The translations under genes and the position numbers were made by a program. A DNA stretch of 64,000 bases from Pavona decussata (Eukaryota): contig CDRNST010000008.1 in assembly GCA_977016875.1 (NCBI GenBank), positions 3,162,001 to 3,226,000 on the forward strand, read 5' to 3'. Numbering within the stretch: position 1 is the first letter of the stretch; each line of letters starts with the position of its first letter. The notes under the pieces were generated by a model that was given only the letters and a program-made list of their open reading frames with translations, was not told the origin of the DNA and searched no databases. This document shows positions 35,951-48,336 of the stretch, one piece after another.

Positions 35951-38900
35951 TTATTTGTTAATACAAATGCAGCCATTGACTGAGTTTTTCTCATGCATCG
36001 GTGGTTCAAGTTTGTCAACGAACAGGTCTGATAGTATATACGACCGTCGTTTTAACCAGTAGAAACTTATAAGTAAATAATCATCTCTCTTGCTGTGCGG
36101 ACACTGACCTATTACTGAACCTCCGAGCTAAATGTGTAATTTTAAAGCCAAGGTATAAACTGATTGTGTGCTTGGCCTGGAACACTATTATTGCACCTTT
36201 TTCCTCTTAGCAACGAACGCTATCAATTACAAAACCCTCTGGGTAAATAATTTGGCAAGAGTAGCAGTATTAAAAAGGCTTTTAATTATGAACATCTTGA
36301 AATTGAGAGCAGCAAAAGTGAGTTGCAATTTCAAAATGGAAACTTCAAAGCCGCTGACCTTTTTAAACGCCATTTGTTGCTGTCCAAGATCGCCTCCGCC
36401 ACCCATGGCTTGGAGCCCCGTAAGTCCTCCACCTCCTCCTAGCATGCTTTGTAGGCCTCCTTGAAGACTTGCTCTCATTAAACCTTGCCCTTGCAGAGCG
36501 CTCATACCTCCACCATCGGAAAACATCCCAACTTGGCCTTGCCCTCCTGCTAGGGCTGATGGCATGCTTTGCATTCGTTGTATATCTTGGATACTTTGCA
36601 TTCCTTGAATTCCTTGAATTCCTTGAAGAGATTCTTCAGCTCCACCTCCGAGTCCCTCAGTCATGCGGCTAACTGGAGATTGACTCACTCCAGCGTCACC
36701 GCCCAAACCTGCTTGTCCCAAGGCCTCCTGACCCACTGCTCCTGCCTCCAAGGCTCCAAATCTCTCTGATCCTCCCACGGGGGCCTGTTCCATGGATGCC
36801 CCTTGACTTTGTTCACTTAGCTGTTGTCCCCCTTCTAAACCCCCAAAGACTCCGGCACCGCCACTTAATCCTTGGGTTCCCCGTGCTCCAAGACTTCCTA
36901 TGCCTATGTTGCTCTGTTGAGTGGCTCCCCTCATCTCGCCGGGCGATATTTTATCTGCTTGGTGTATGAGACTGGAGATCTCTGTAGGACAGTTTGGAAG
37001 GGAAAACATAGAAATGAGTTGCGATATTTTCACACACGTGGACTGCACAGATTCTCTTCGAAAACTAGGAGGCAGGATCCATAGGAGATCATATGAGACA
37101 CTTCGGCTCTTGCTAGGTTTTACCTGTACATACCGCAGGCAAAATGACTGTGAGATCAGAACGTCGAGTAAAGAGGACTATTTAAATATCGTGGAAACCG
37201 CGTCAGGAGAACCGTACGATCGTCATAACCACGAAGGATATTGAAACAGAAAACAGTTAGGGATCATAAGGGACCATGAAAATTTTTATTGTACAAACCA
37301 AAATGATATGTAGTCGCCAACGAGAGGCAAACAAACATAACAGTCGATCTTATACACAATGCAATGGAACTCCTCTAGAACCTGTGGCTCCGCCATGTTT
37401 AAGGTACAGTCAGCAAACGGTAGCCACGGGCAAAATATCCGATTTACAGAGGGTGACGAATTTTCGAGGGACAAAGTGTTCTTTACTGCAAGACGATCTT
37501 CACAAACTTGCGAGTTCACAGCCATTTGGCCCGCGGTATGTAGAAGTGAAAACATCCAAGACAGCGGCCATGGCGGCGTTCAAAGGGCTTCGTGGTTACT
37601 GAAGATGAGGCATTTAAAGAGAACAGTTTCTCATAGGTCAAATAGAACTCCCCTGGACCCTGGGAGCCTTAAAAAACACTTTAAACAAAGCGATTAAAGC
37701 GGGTAAACTATAACTGAAAAAAGTCCTCAGTGAAATAATCTTCCTCACGTTTGTTATATAAATAGATTGACGCTGGGAAGCAGGAATAATAGTGAGAGTC
37801 AGAAGCAGAGTATTAGCGTGTGAAACCAACCTGCATGGTCAACAGATGATTGATCAGATAAGTAAGGTGATGTAACGTCTTGAAATTCTTCTGCGTGGCC
37901 GGGGATTCAACATGCAGCCATGCAAAGAGAGTTAGAAGTTAGTTGAACGCGGAGGTATTCCAATTCAACATTAACTGAAGGATGAAAGGAATTAGTTTTG
38001 AATTGCTTTAGCAAGACCTAAAAAATAACAGCGGAGCTGATTTTGTGTCATTTAGGTAAAACTAGCCCTCAATTGGCCTAATGGTATTTTATGAAACTGG
38101 CCCTTAATTGGCCTAATAGTATATAATGAAAAGTGCTTAAAAAACTAAAGCTGTTCATAAAAAGAAGTTTCAGTGATAACCCTTTGATCAAAGTTAAAAT
38201 CAACAATTAGTCAACGGTGGTGAAAACCCTGAACATCTGCTTAGTAATGGCAAACTAATTTAATCCTCCGAAGCAGTCATCTAATATGATTTCCAGGCTT
38301 GAAATTGTTCTAGGCACCTTGCCTTTTCATTTTAATAGGCCTAGTAGTTGTTGGCTGTATATAATAGCTTACAAAGAAGAAATGTAGGGACACATTGGAA
38401 AGACGGCTCTCGATGCTTTGTCTTCTTGATTAATCTGATCAGCCTGAATATTCCTTTTCCTGAAGGATAGTTTGCCTTATATAAATGATGAGCAATTTGC
38501 TAATGAATTTTAAAATTTTGCTATGTAGCGATACTAATGACCATTTCTCCACAAACCTTGGTTCTCGGATGGACTGATGCTCTTCTGTTGTGCTCCAATG
38601 AATGCCATTGTTTGGCTCTCTCTCGCTCCTCCTTCAGGATTTGTGATTCTGGGTTGCATGGCCCCTTGCTCTTGAACCTATGCGTTATGGCAAGAAAGAA
38701 GTAGTCAAGTTAACATAATGAATAAACTCAAGTTGGAGTAGTGCCACGCAAAGGAAATCAAACCTTGCTTGCTTCGTTTCATAGCCGGACAACATCATTA
38801 GCTCTTAATTGCGGGTCGTCTTACAGTTTTTGTTCTCGATTGATTTTTCACTTAACACAAAACCACTGGAGATGCAGATATATACCTGTCCTCCATATGT

Positions 38901-41900
38901 TGGGCCAGTTGACTTTGTTTCTTTTTCAATTACAATTTGTTTTTGGAACAAAAGAGGTCACTCTTGCTTGCCGAGTAGACATAACAACACCTCTTAGTTA
39001 CTATAACCAAATACCAAAGACAACGACAAAGTAACTAAACAAAAGTAATGACCTGTACCGGTGATGCGGCTCCACCGACCACAGAAGCGCCTCCATTGCC
39101 AATGGAAGCGGTGCCACGAGACGATTGGGATTCAGCCGCGATGGCACGCTGGATCTCATCCAATTCGTGAGCACTTTCAGAAGCAACCTGGGCCTGGATG
39201 CTCTGTTTCTGAAAATGACACAATATCAAAACACTCTCTGAAGTGTACATGTATACTTGAATAATTAATTTTGAAGCTGGAATTATTCATTTGCTTTGAT
39301 TATAGGTCACGGTGACATCAGTTTCATGAGTTGAAATGGAATTTTTGCAATTATTCATAACTCATGAGATATTAAGCTAATTACTATATAGTAAAGGTTA
39401 TAGCGTGATGACCTAAAATAGTTTCTTAACTTGAAAAGGTTTAAACTTGAATATCTTCCAATACCTTCGGATGAAAAGTAAATTTTCTTTTACGGTTTGA
39501 ATACTTCCTTGTTAAAGCCTTCTCACGAAGCTTGTTTTTATTTTTCCTTCTAACAGTAAGTGAGGAAGCCTGACTTGTCATAAGCTTCGTGGTTTCTTTC
39601 AGGTTTTTTCGCCATTTATTTTCTTACATCAATTTTCTTTATTTTTTTCCATCTGTAAATGTTGTATATGGCAAAATAAATATTGTATTGTATTGTATTG
39701 TATAGTCACTAACTTTACTTTTGTAATGCTAGTAGTTCCTATCTAGCTGGATCCGTCATCCCCTTAGAAAGCTTATGATTCTGTTGAAAGCACGCAATCC
39801 AATTCAGACTTAATATAAACCAAATACATTCGTTGTCACCTTGACGCCCTGTCATCAGAAAAGAATAAGAAAGCCTGTAAGTGTATTTTCGTGTGATGTC
39901 TGACACCCACTGGCACAATATCTGGCTGGATGGCTAGCTGCTGTTGTAAGTCAACTTTCGTTCAATTTTTTTTGTGTGGTTGACGTCTTTGTTCCTTATT
40001 GGGTGACAACTATATGCAGCATCAATGCTGATGGATTAGATCAGATCTTAGTGGCACTCAGATAAGTATGTTCTCCGTTCCTATTTTTCAACCTATCATT
40101 GTTACCTCTGCAGCATCCTGCCTCTGTATGTTTGTGGCCCAGTTGACCCCCTTTACTCCATCATCCCACCCCGCTCCTCCTCCTCCTCCACCACCACCAG
40201 TGCCGTACCCCTCTCCTGTTTCGTATTTTTTCTCCTCCTCTGCCTGCAAGGCCAGGCGATCCTCTAATCTTGTGTCCTCCTTGTACTCATTGTTGCTTCC
40301 TCCGATATCACCCATTTCACCCAAGCTGAGCATCTTTCCACCAGGCTTTCGGTTCACTTTATGTTCCTTTACTCGCTTCATGTGACTCTCTTCGTCGTCA
40401 TCATTAACTGAAAAAAAAAATTATAAAGAAAATAAATAAACAGTACCCCGTGTCAAAGTTACGATCGTGATCAATTTTACCATACTTTCATCCAAGCTCT
40501 TTAAGATACAAGAGACAATATAATGATTTTGCTAAGCAAAACGTAGCATGCCACGAAAAGCTAAGAGTTAAAAAGTTAAAAAGGAAAGAAAAAATGAAAG
40601 CTTAAGAGATTCAACGTTACTCTGGTTAAAAAAGGTTTTACATGGCAAGCGTTTTCAAGCGAAGTTCTATCTCAGACATATTAAACAGAACTTTGCTAGA
40701 ATTTCAATAAGACAATTGAAACTATCAAGCGTGCCTAAAGGCGCATGCGTCCTGACGTGCAGGGTAAGCTTGTCATCCCCAGTCACGTGATCTGTGCTCC
40801 CTTCAGTGTGTTCAGATGACCCCTTGTTGCCCGTAACTCTTGCTTCAGCTTTATGTCCATGCCGCACTGCATCTTCAGCAGCAAGACTGGCGTCTAATTC
40901 AGCTCTTTGCACAGCTTCTTTTACTAAAAATACAAAAGCAAGCAGTCCTTTGGCATTTAGAATTGAGGGAACCATGCGATTGCGCTCTGAAGATTTTTTT
41001 CACTGTAATCTTTTGATCATCCGCCTGAGCATGACGTTAAATTTGGCCTATGCACTGAAAGGCTCCAGAGAAAACATGTTCGGGGCATAGAACAAAGAAT
41101 ATTCTCATGTTTTGTGAAATGGAAACGTTCTTTATTTTATCCATTATTTCTATGATGTTAAGAGTGAAACATGCAAGAATACCATTCAGATGAATCTATT
41201 TCTGACCTGTGTTTGTTTTCATAAAGCATGCAGATCTTACACAAAGCTGGACAAAATTAAACTTACCTTTATCTTCCAGATTTATTGACTTTGAATTCGC
41301 TCGGTACGCTATGAACAAATAAAGTGAAAATATTTTCACTTTGCTGGTATGTTTAAGAAAGATTGTACAGAGGGATTCTGTCGTTGTGGTTGTGTGAATA
41401 GAAATCAGTCCTTGTTAAAGCAACATATAAAGTCTTTTCATCGCATATTAATTTCCGTATGTTTATTGAGCAGAATTCAATAAATCTGGAAGTCCAACGT
41501 TATCTTTAAATCCCCTTCCCACCTTTCCCAAGCTCTAGCGGAATAATACCATTCTGAAGTACCCACCTTGTTCCTCTCCAGGCTTCTCAGACGAGTCAAG
41601 TGGAGCCGAGAACACTAAAGGGAACAAATATTAATGACAGTTTTAGGCTGTGTCCACACTATGCGGAATGGACTATTGTGCAGGCACAGAAATCTGTTTA
41701 GTGTATAAAAGAGTTCATACCATACCGGATTACCTTGGTACCACAGGAAATCCATGACGATTTGGTGTGGTCGGGCAGTCGGTTACTTGCTTACATTAAA
41801 CAAAAACTTAGAAAAGCTAAGCCATACAAAATGTTTCACCTTCTAGGCCAAAGCGATACTGAGGTGCTTCGGCACAGATATCGTGCCAGGTAATCAGCGT

Positions 41901-43275
41901 CAGGCTATGTGTGGCCAAAAGGTCTATCCGTTTTAGTTTCCTTTCCAGAAAAGAGGTGTCTCGAGTATGTAGCCTTAGCAAGAACGTAACAGACTAATAT
42001 AACACTTAACAAAAGGAGGCAGAGGAAAGAGACATGTCTCTGTATAAACACAGACCGCACAGACAGCAATATTGGATTTAATTGCTAACTTGTCGTTCCT
42101 TGTAGAGAACTATCAGTCTTAAAAATCAAATATCATTTCCAATGCTTTAACAAGAGACGAGATCCAGTCCAAAAAGGACCGTAATCCTGCCTTCGACCAA
42201 TTTTCTCCAGTAAAATTTCTAATCTGATTAGGGAATCTGGAACAACGTTATTTTCCGATCTGATTCCCAAATCCCAGGCGAAGAATTGTATTTCAGCTTG
42301 AGAAGTTTTCAGCCAGAATCGTCACTGAGTCTGCATTCGAAAATCTGTACATTTCAATTATCAAGCTATCGGGTATCTCATTTTGAAGAATCTTAATGGA
42401 TTTTGGTTATGGAAAGTGGGATGTCCGTCAATTTTCAAAGTGTATCCGTCCATCCTTGCTTCTTGTTCAAAACACAACGCTCAGTAAGTACTATAGCATA
42501 CGAGATAGAGTAAATTAACGAACACATTTTGACATTTGTCCAGGATTTAGCATATTTTGTTTCTACTAGCTGCACATTAAACGAACATCCAATTGAATGC
42601 TATTGTTTCACTCATAGCATTTATTACTGAATCAGACATACACTGTATTGCTTCTACTCATTTGAATTTAATTTTATCTCAGATTTTACTGTATCCGTTC
42701 TTTCATTGCTTGTTGCTCAAAATACAACGCTCTGTAAGCTTTTCCGCATACGAGATAGAGTAAATTAACGAACACATTTTGACATTTGTCCAGTTTTATT
42801 TCTCCATGCAAAACGCACAATAAGGACAACGATTGAGTTTAATCATGTAAATTTATGACCTCACTGGAAATCAATCAAGACATTGCTACTAAAAACCCGG
42901 GAAAGATAATTCTTTTGTTAAACACCAACACCAACCTAATCCTTTTGGGAATCAAAAGTGCAACCAAAAACAAGGGATTTTAGGAATATGTTTTAAGTCA
43001 AGTTCGAGTTTATCATAAATCATCAGCAGTTATCATATGCTTTTTTCCAATAAACAGCCAAAACATTATACTAGACACCACCCGATCAAAATAGACAGCT
43101 GAATTTCATCTGTTGTGACCTTGCCTGAAGCACAGCATGGTCGTAAGATAAATATACCACGCTTTGGCCAGTAAGGCTTGTATCAGTCTTACTCTACAGC
43201 CATTTGTTGTATCCATATCTCACCTGGGTGCGACAAACATAATGCCAAGCACGTTAGAAGAAGTCTACTGTTCAT
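35951..43275 (-). CDS. Gene A: secreted Gly/Gln/Glu-rich low-complexity protein, about 530 aa; coding exons 43275-43224, 41614-41567, 41308-41267, 40923-40735(?), 40407-40106, 39208-39059 (or 39053), 38677-38557, 36954-36359, 36127-36109, 36027-35951
   Basis: Signal peptide MNSRLLLTCLALCLSHP|VFS-APLD. Splice phases chain 1,1,1,1,0,0,1,0,1 with pyrimidine-rich acceptors and an open frame to ...NGCICINK*. AATAAA at 35806-35801; probable 5'UTR donor near 43655. One donor (40735) must be GC. Confidence 0.75.
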
Positions 43276-44530
43276 CCCACGGCGTTTCCTTGTTCGCTAT
43301 TGTTTATTTATCACGAATTTGTACCTGTTAAGAAAACGAGAGAAATTTACCACCAAGATTTATAGTTGTTTAGGAAAGCAACGGCTGTTTCTTTGCCAAA
43401 GATACACATAAATAACAAGAGATAGCTTCTAAGTTCAAGGCAACTTCTTGGTGACTGTTAAGGAAAGACGAATGGAAGAATGTTGCCGTCTTTATGAAGT
43501 CTTCCACACTAGGTAGATTAACAACGGCAGGTCTTTTTTTTACTTTGTTTGTAATAACGATCCATTGTTTATAAATTTAAGCTTGTTTTGCCCGACAAAA
43601 CATTAATTTCGTCCACATAAATCTGTGAATGAAGAAAATTTCAAAAGGACTTACCGTTCAAAACATGAAAATTACGGATAGAGAGGACTCGGAAAACGTT
43701 TCCTACTTGGTCATTTCCAATGAATGACGTCATAAGGTTGAAGAAGTCTTTTAAACTAAGACAAGATTAAATATTTACCACTGCCTTCAAAGCCCATGGA
43801 GCCCAGAGATGATCAGTTCTGATTCACAACTGGAAAAGGGAGAAGGCCAAAAAAGATTGAGTTATTTTACCTAGCAAACTTAAAATGTTAATTGACGTAA
43901 TTACTTTTATTGTGCCATATATTTCCCGTTTATATGCTTCAGGTACGTTTAACTCTGCTCAGTGTATCGTGGTTTCTCACCTGCTAACTTTAAAGACTTG
44001 ACTATTCTTGTAGATAAACTTATGTACTGCTTTATCACGTTGGGACAAAGACTGCAGGAAAGTGAAGCGAGTGAGCGAGTGACCGGTTATGAATCATGTA
44101 ATGCAAACTTTGTCATTTAGGGCGAACTTCTGTATTTTGTTTGTTTGTTTGTTCGTTCGTTCGTTTAGAGAAACTGGTTATAGAAAATTAGCGCTACTAC
44201 TAAAGGTATCTAAAATTACCGTGAACTGTTGAAAACCTAGTTTGAAATAAAAACTACGACGTCATTCGCTTCGTTGTTTTGTTGTCCCATTACTGATCAT
44301 GTGACGGTACTTTAGGGAGTAGTCCCTTTTAGAATTGGTCATATACAGGCTGGCATACATTCTTTACTTCCAAAAAGACAAAGGTTCAATTCTCCTGAGA
44401 ATATCACATTGTTGTAATGGTCAATTAGCATATAGAGCGAATAAGGTCTAGTAAGTTGGATTTTTGAGTTTTTCTTTGATTTAATGGAGCGCTATCTTCC
44501 TATTTAAACTGAATAGAGTGAATCACAAGG

Positions 44531-45270
44531 CATATTTAAGAATTGGTTCATGCTAGCGTGCGTATATCGAGTTGTGGATGCACGCTAGAAGTCTGGAGAG
44601 CACGAGAGAAGCGTAAGAGTTGCTCAAGGCGTAGCCGAGAGCATCTCAAGCTTCTTGAGTGCTCTCCAAACTTCTCGCGTGCATCCATAACTCCATATAT
44701 CACACTGCATATTAAAGAATTGGTTCATGCTTAGCGTGCGTATATCGAGTTGTGGATGCACGCTAGAAGTCTGGAGAGCACGAGAGAAGCGTAAGAGTTG
44801 CTCAAGGCGTAGCCGAGAGCATCTCAAGCTTCTTGAGTGCTCTCCAAACTTCTCGCGTGCATCCATAACTCCATATATCACACTGCATATTAAAGAATTG
44901 GTTCATGCTTAGCGTGCGTATATCGAGTTGTGGATGCACGCTAGAAGTCTGGAGAGCACGAGAGAAGCGTAAGAGTTGCTCAAGGCGTAGCCGATAGCAT
45001 CTCAAGCTCCTTGAGTGTTCTCCAAACTTCTCGCGTGCATCCATAACTCCATATATCACACTGCATATTTAAGAATTGGTTCATGCTTAGCGTGCGTAGA
45101 TCGAGTTGTGGATGCACGCTAGAAGTCTGGAGAGCACGAGAGAAGCGTAAGAGTTGCTCAAGGCGTAACTGAGAGCATCTCAAGCTTCTTGAGTGTTCTC
45201 CAAACTTCTCGCGTGCATCCATAACTCCATACACGCACAGCTAAAAGCATGAACCAATTCTTTTATAACA
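44531..45270. repeat. Tandem array of four near-identical 178-bp palindromic units
   Basis: Unit aagaattggttcatgc...gagttgtggatgcacgctagaagtctggagagcac...gtgctctccaaacttctcgcgtgcatccataactc; ORF echoes at 44624, 44802 and 44980 give period 178; the last unit ends with the full inverted arm gcatgaaccaattctt. Confidence 0.95.
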
Positions 45271-45840
45271 TAGTGACAACAAATTAGAGCGCAGAAAACA
45301 GGTTTTATTTGTGATTGATTAAAAAATTCTCTCAAGGAGCTGTGCATATAAACAAAGGTTATTATTGGCTGGTTACAAACACGCCACAATGGTATGGTCT
45401 GAACGAGAATGTTTCATCTGAAATTGTAAATAAAAAGTCAATGAAAATGTAGACAAACGAGTTTCCAAGCCCACAGAATGTATTTAAAGTACTCATTTGC
45501 TCATTTGTTTAATCAAAGTTAAAGGCTTGAACTAGGCTTTCGAGTCATCACGGTGTTTACGTACAGTTGGAGAAGACTCAATTCCAAAAGAAAAGTCCGG
45601 TAGTTTTCCACTACTTTCGTTCATTTCTGGGGAAACTTTGTAAAAACTAAGCGACGGAAACCCAGGTTTGTCTGATTTGCACACGTCATCTTATGGACGC
45701 ACGGCCGTGCGTATGTTCAGAAATGTACCATGCTGACGCCAATATGAATTAGATAGGGAAGCACGGTCGCTATGTTATAATGTTCAAGGTATGGTTTTCT
45801 CACCTGTCCTTACATCGAAAATGGCAAAACATCGTAAATA

Positions 45841-46096
45841 AATGAATCAATCAATAACCTTATTTACCTCGGGGCCGAGCATTAAACTTCACAATCCAAT
45901 AACTTCAATTAAAAATTGATAACATTGTTAAACATCCCACTGCAGGAGGCACACCAGCTCGTTATTTACAAGCGCAGGCGAGAAGTTGCACTCGGGGTTA
46001 CCGAGAAACAACCCCAGCTAGCAGTCAGAGCGGGACTTGAATCTGGGACCTCCGGATTTCAAGTCCGGTGCCTTAACCAGTCGACCACGCTGCCTC
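45841..46096 (-). mobile_element. tRNA-derived SINE
   Basis: Minus strand starts aggcagcgtggtcgactggttaagg (A box) ... ggacttgaaatcc ... cagattcaagtcc (B box-like), then a core and a short (ATTG)n tail. Confidence 0.75.
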
Positions 46097-46140
46097 GTAC
46101 ACTTGCAGTCCCACATAAGAGAAGCCTGAAATTGAACACC

Positions 46141-46450
46141 ACATGTCTTGTAATTCTACCAATTTAACTGATATGATTGACTGCAAAAAATGTAACAGTG
46201 TATATGAGAAACAAAACGCACACTTCGCGAACTGTTGCAATTCACCGAACATAAGCAAGCCATCAACAATCCACGTCACGCCCACTGCGGTACCTTCTCA
46301 TCTCAGTACACCAGGACACTCCACAATAGATAAAGAGACTGAAATTGTTACCTCCCGACTGAAAGCAAGAGAAGCACACCTTAAATTTTTAGAGCCGTCA
46401 TATTTTTGTCGCTCCTTCTCTGTACCAGTCGAAATATCGACCTATCTGTT
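46141..46450 (+). mobile_element. Decayed GIY-YIG (Penelope-like) fragment
   Basis: SCNSTNL..MIDCKKCNSVY..ETKRTLRE (frameshifted) ... SRLKAREAHL. Confidence 0.55.
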
Positions 46451-48336
46451 GTACTAGCCTTGCAGTTTTGTGTTTCGTAACACCTGTACTCTTAGGGGGC
46501 CCAAAAACAGCTCCTTCGAGAAGCAACGAACTGATAAAAATATTGAAGTCACTGAGGCGTGTACATCTGTTTCCTTCTTATCACAAACTCTCTATAAATT
46601 ATCTCAAGGTGCAGAGATGAAACTAACGGCCTGAACTAAGCATAATGTGTGTTATCAGTATGTGTGCGTTGAAATTTATGAAGTTGAGTTTAATATCAGT
46701 TAAATAATCCCATGACCATTCTTTACAGATAATTTTAAGGAGATTGACAAAGTTAACGAAAACCCAAATAAACTTTCAATGTTTTGTTTAGAGGTAATTA
46801 AATTAACACCATCGGATCGGAACTGAATTGAATGCGAGTTTACATGGTATTCCTCCACTCAAATGACTTCCACTAAATAAGAAAATAGATCGTTGTAAAG
46901 TGATACACATTTCGTTTCATCGTCCCTGTTGTGTCAGTGAGGATTCACCAGAAGCCGGTATACGTGCTAAGGGCTTCCGACCGTAAAACAAATCATTTCT
47001 ACGATGATGTATGGCCATGGAGAGAGGGCGAGGTTTAATGTGAAAGTAATTTTCATTGGTTCTTCAGGAGAGCAAAATATTTGTCGAATTAGCCAAGGAT
47101 TAGGCGACCCGTGGAAAATCATTTGTCGAGTGCCGATCGAGCATGCATTTCCAGTTCGTAAGAATAATTATAGGCAAGATCCATCTATCTTAAGTCAATC
47201 AATTACTTAGAATTAACCAGCTTAAAATCATAAAAATTACTCCTGGTTAGGATTTGGTAATGGTGAAAAGTTCTTGGTTAGAGAGAAAAGCGGGTTTTAA
47301 AGTTCGAATCTGATTTTGGTACCTATTCGGTTGATGACAAGTACAATTTACCTGCCGATCTTTAGCTTGGAACGCTGTCCTACAAGACAAGCTCGTTATG
47401 ACACTCCCCCAATTCATAGCGCATCAAATGGGAAAACGTGCAGCTGAAAGTTTTTTAAAGTTCAGTTTAATAAGGAAAACACAACCCAGTGTATTTAAAC
47501 TACAATGGGAATAAGGCCGGGACAGGAGAAACCTGCAGTGTGGAACTAAACCAACAAGTGGCTCGTGTTGGTGGCAAAACATTACGTCATGAATGCAACG
47601 AGGATTCAATGTTGCCGGTATGTCGCGAAATATAAGAGAGAAAAGCACAGTTTACGTTAGAAAGATTTCTGTAAGATAACGACTTCTTCTTTGGACCAAG
47701 TAAAGGTAAGTTAAGGTATTTAATTTCTTGTATAATTGAGACCACTGCTCTCCTTTACAGGTGCCCTAAAGTGTTGGATTCCATTTCCTCTTTATCGTTC
47801 AGTGTTTTAAGTACGGATCATGGAGTTGAAAATCTTTTACTTTAATTATTTACCCGCTGGGTTTCACTTTTAGAAGTTACAAACCTCTCAATGTTAGTTT
47901 GTTTAGATTTTTGCGTTTTGACTAATACTCGTAATCTATAGTTATCTTAACATAAAAAAAAATCACTTCAGTTTTTGGTTGCAGTCTGAAGGCGGTATCT
48001 CTTTTCAGTTTAGGGAAGGATATAAGCTGCACACAATGATTTCCTGATAATGAAGTGGATGTTAATAACGGCTGTAATTGTTTGTGTAGAAGCGGTCACC
48101 GCGGGTAAGCTAAAATTAACTTTCTACGCCTCATTGATCTTCTGTATTTAAACCCCTTCGTTTGTCACAGTATTTGAGATAACAGTGTTTAGTTTTAACA
48201 GGTAGTAAATTGATTGAATTTGGGTCAGTAAAACGTTTTCTATCTGCTATTTTTCGTTCACTAAACTCGTTCGCCAAAACTACTCTTAAGAGTTATTTCC
48301 CACCTCTATATTTTCTCCATAGCGGGTCAAAAATGG

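Noticed and set aside
36480-36640. Collagen or minicollagen call for QGIQGIQGM
   Set aside because: Only three or four Gly-X-Y-like triplets, no Pro-rich triple helix and no minicollagen Cys-rich domain.
37000-37830. Several overlapping 60-110 aa ORFs in a gene A intron
   Set aside because: No recognisable motif or compatible splice sites; probably decayed repeat sequence.
44531-45270. Regular repeat array resembling a CRISPR array, and its repeated ORFs
   Set aside because: Units are contiguous 178-bp copies with no unique spacers and no cas genes, in a eukaryotic context; the ORFs are by-products of the repeat.
46020-46096. tRNA gene
   Set aside because: The tRNA-like head continues into a SINE body and tail, and the acceptor stem does not close.
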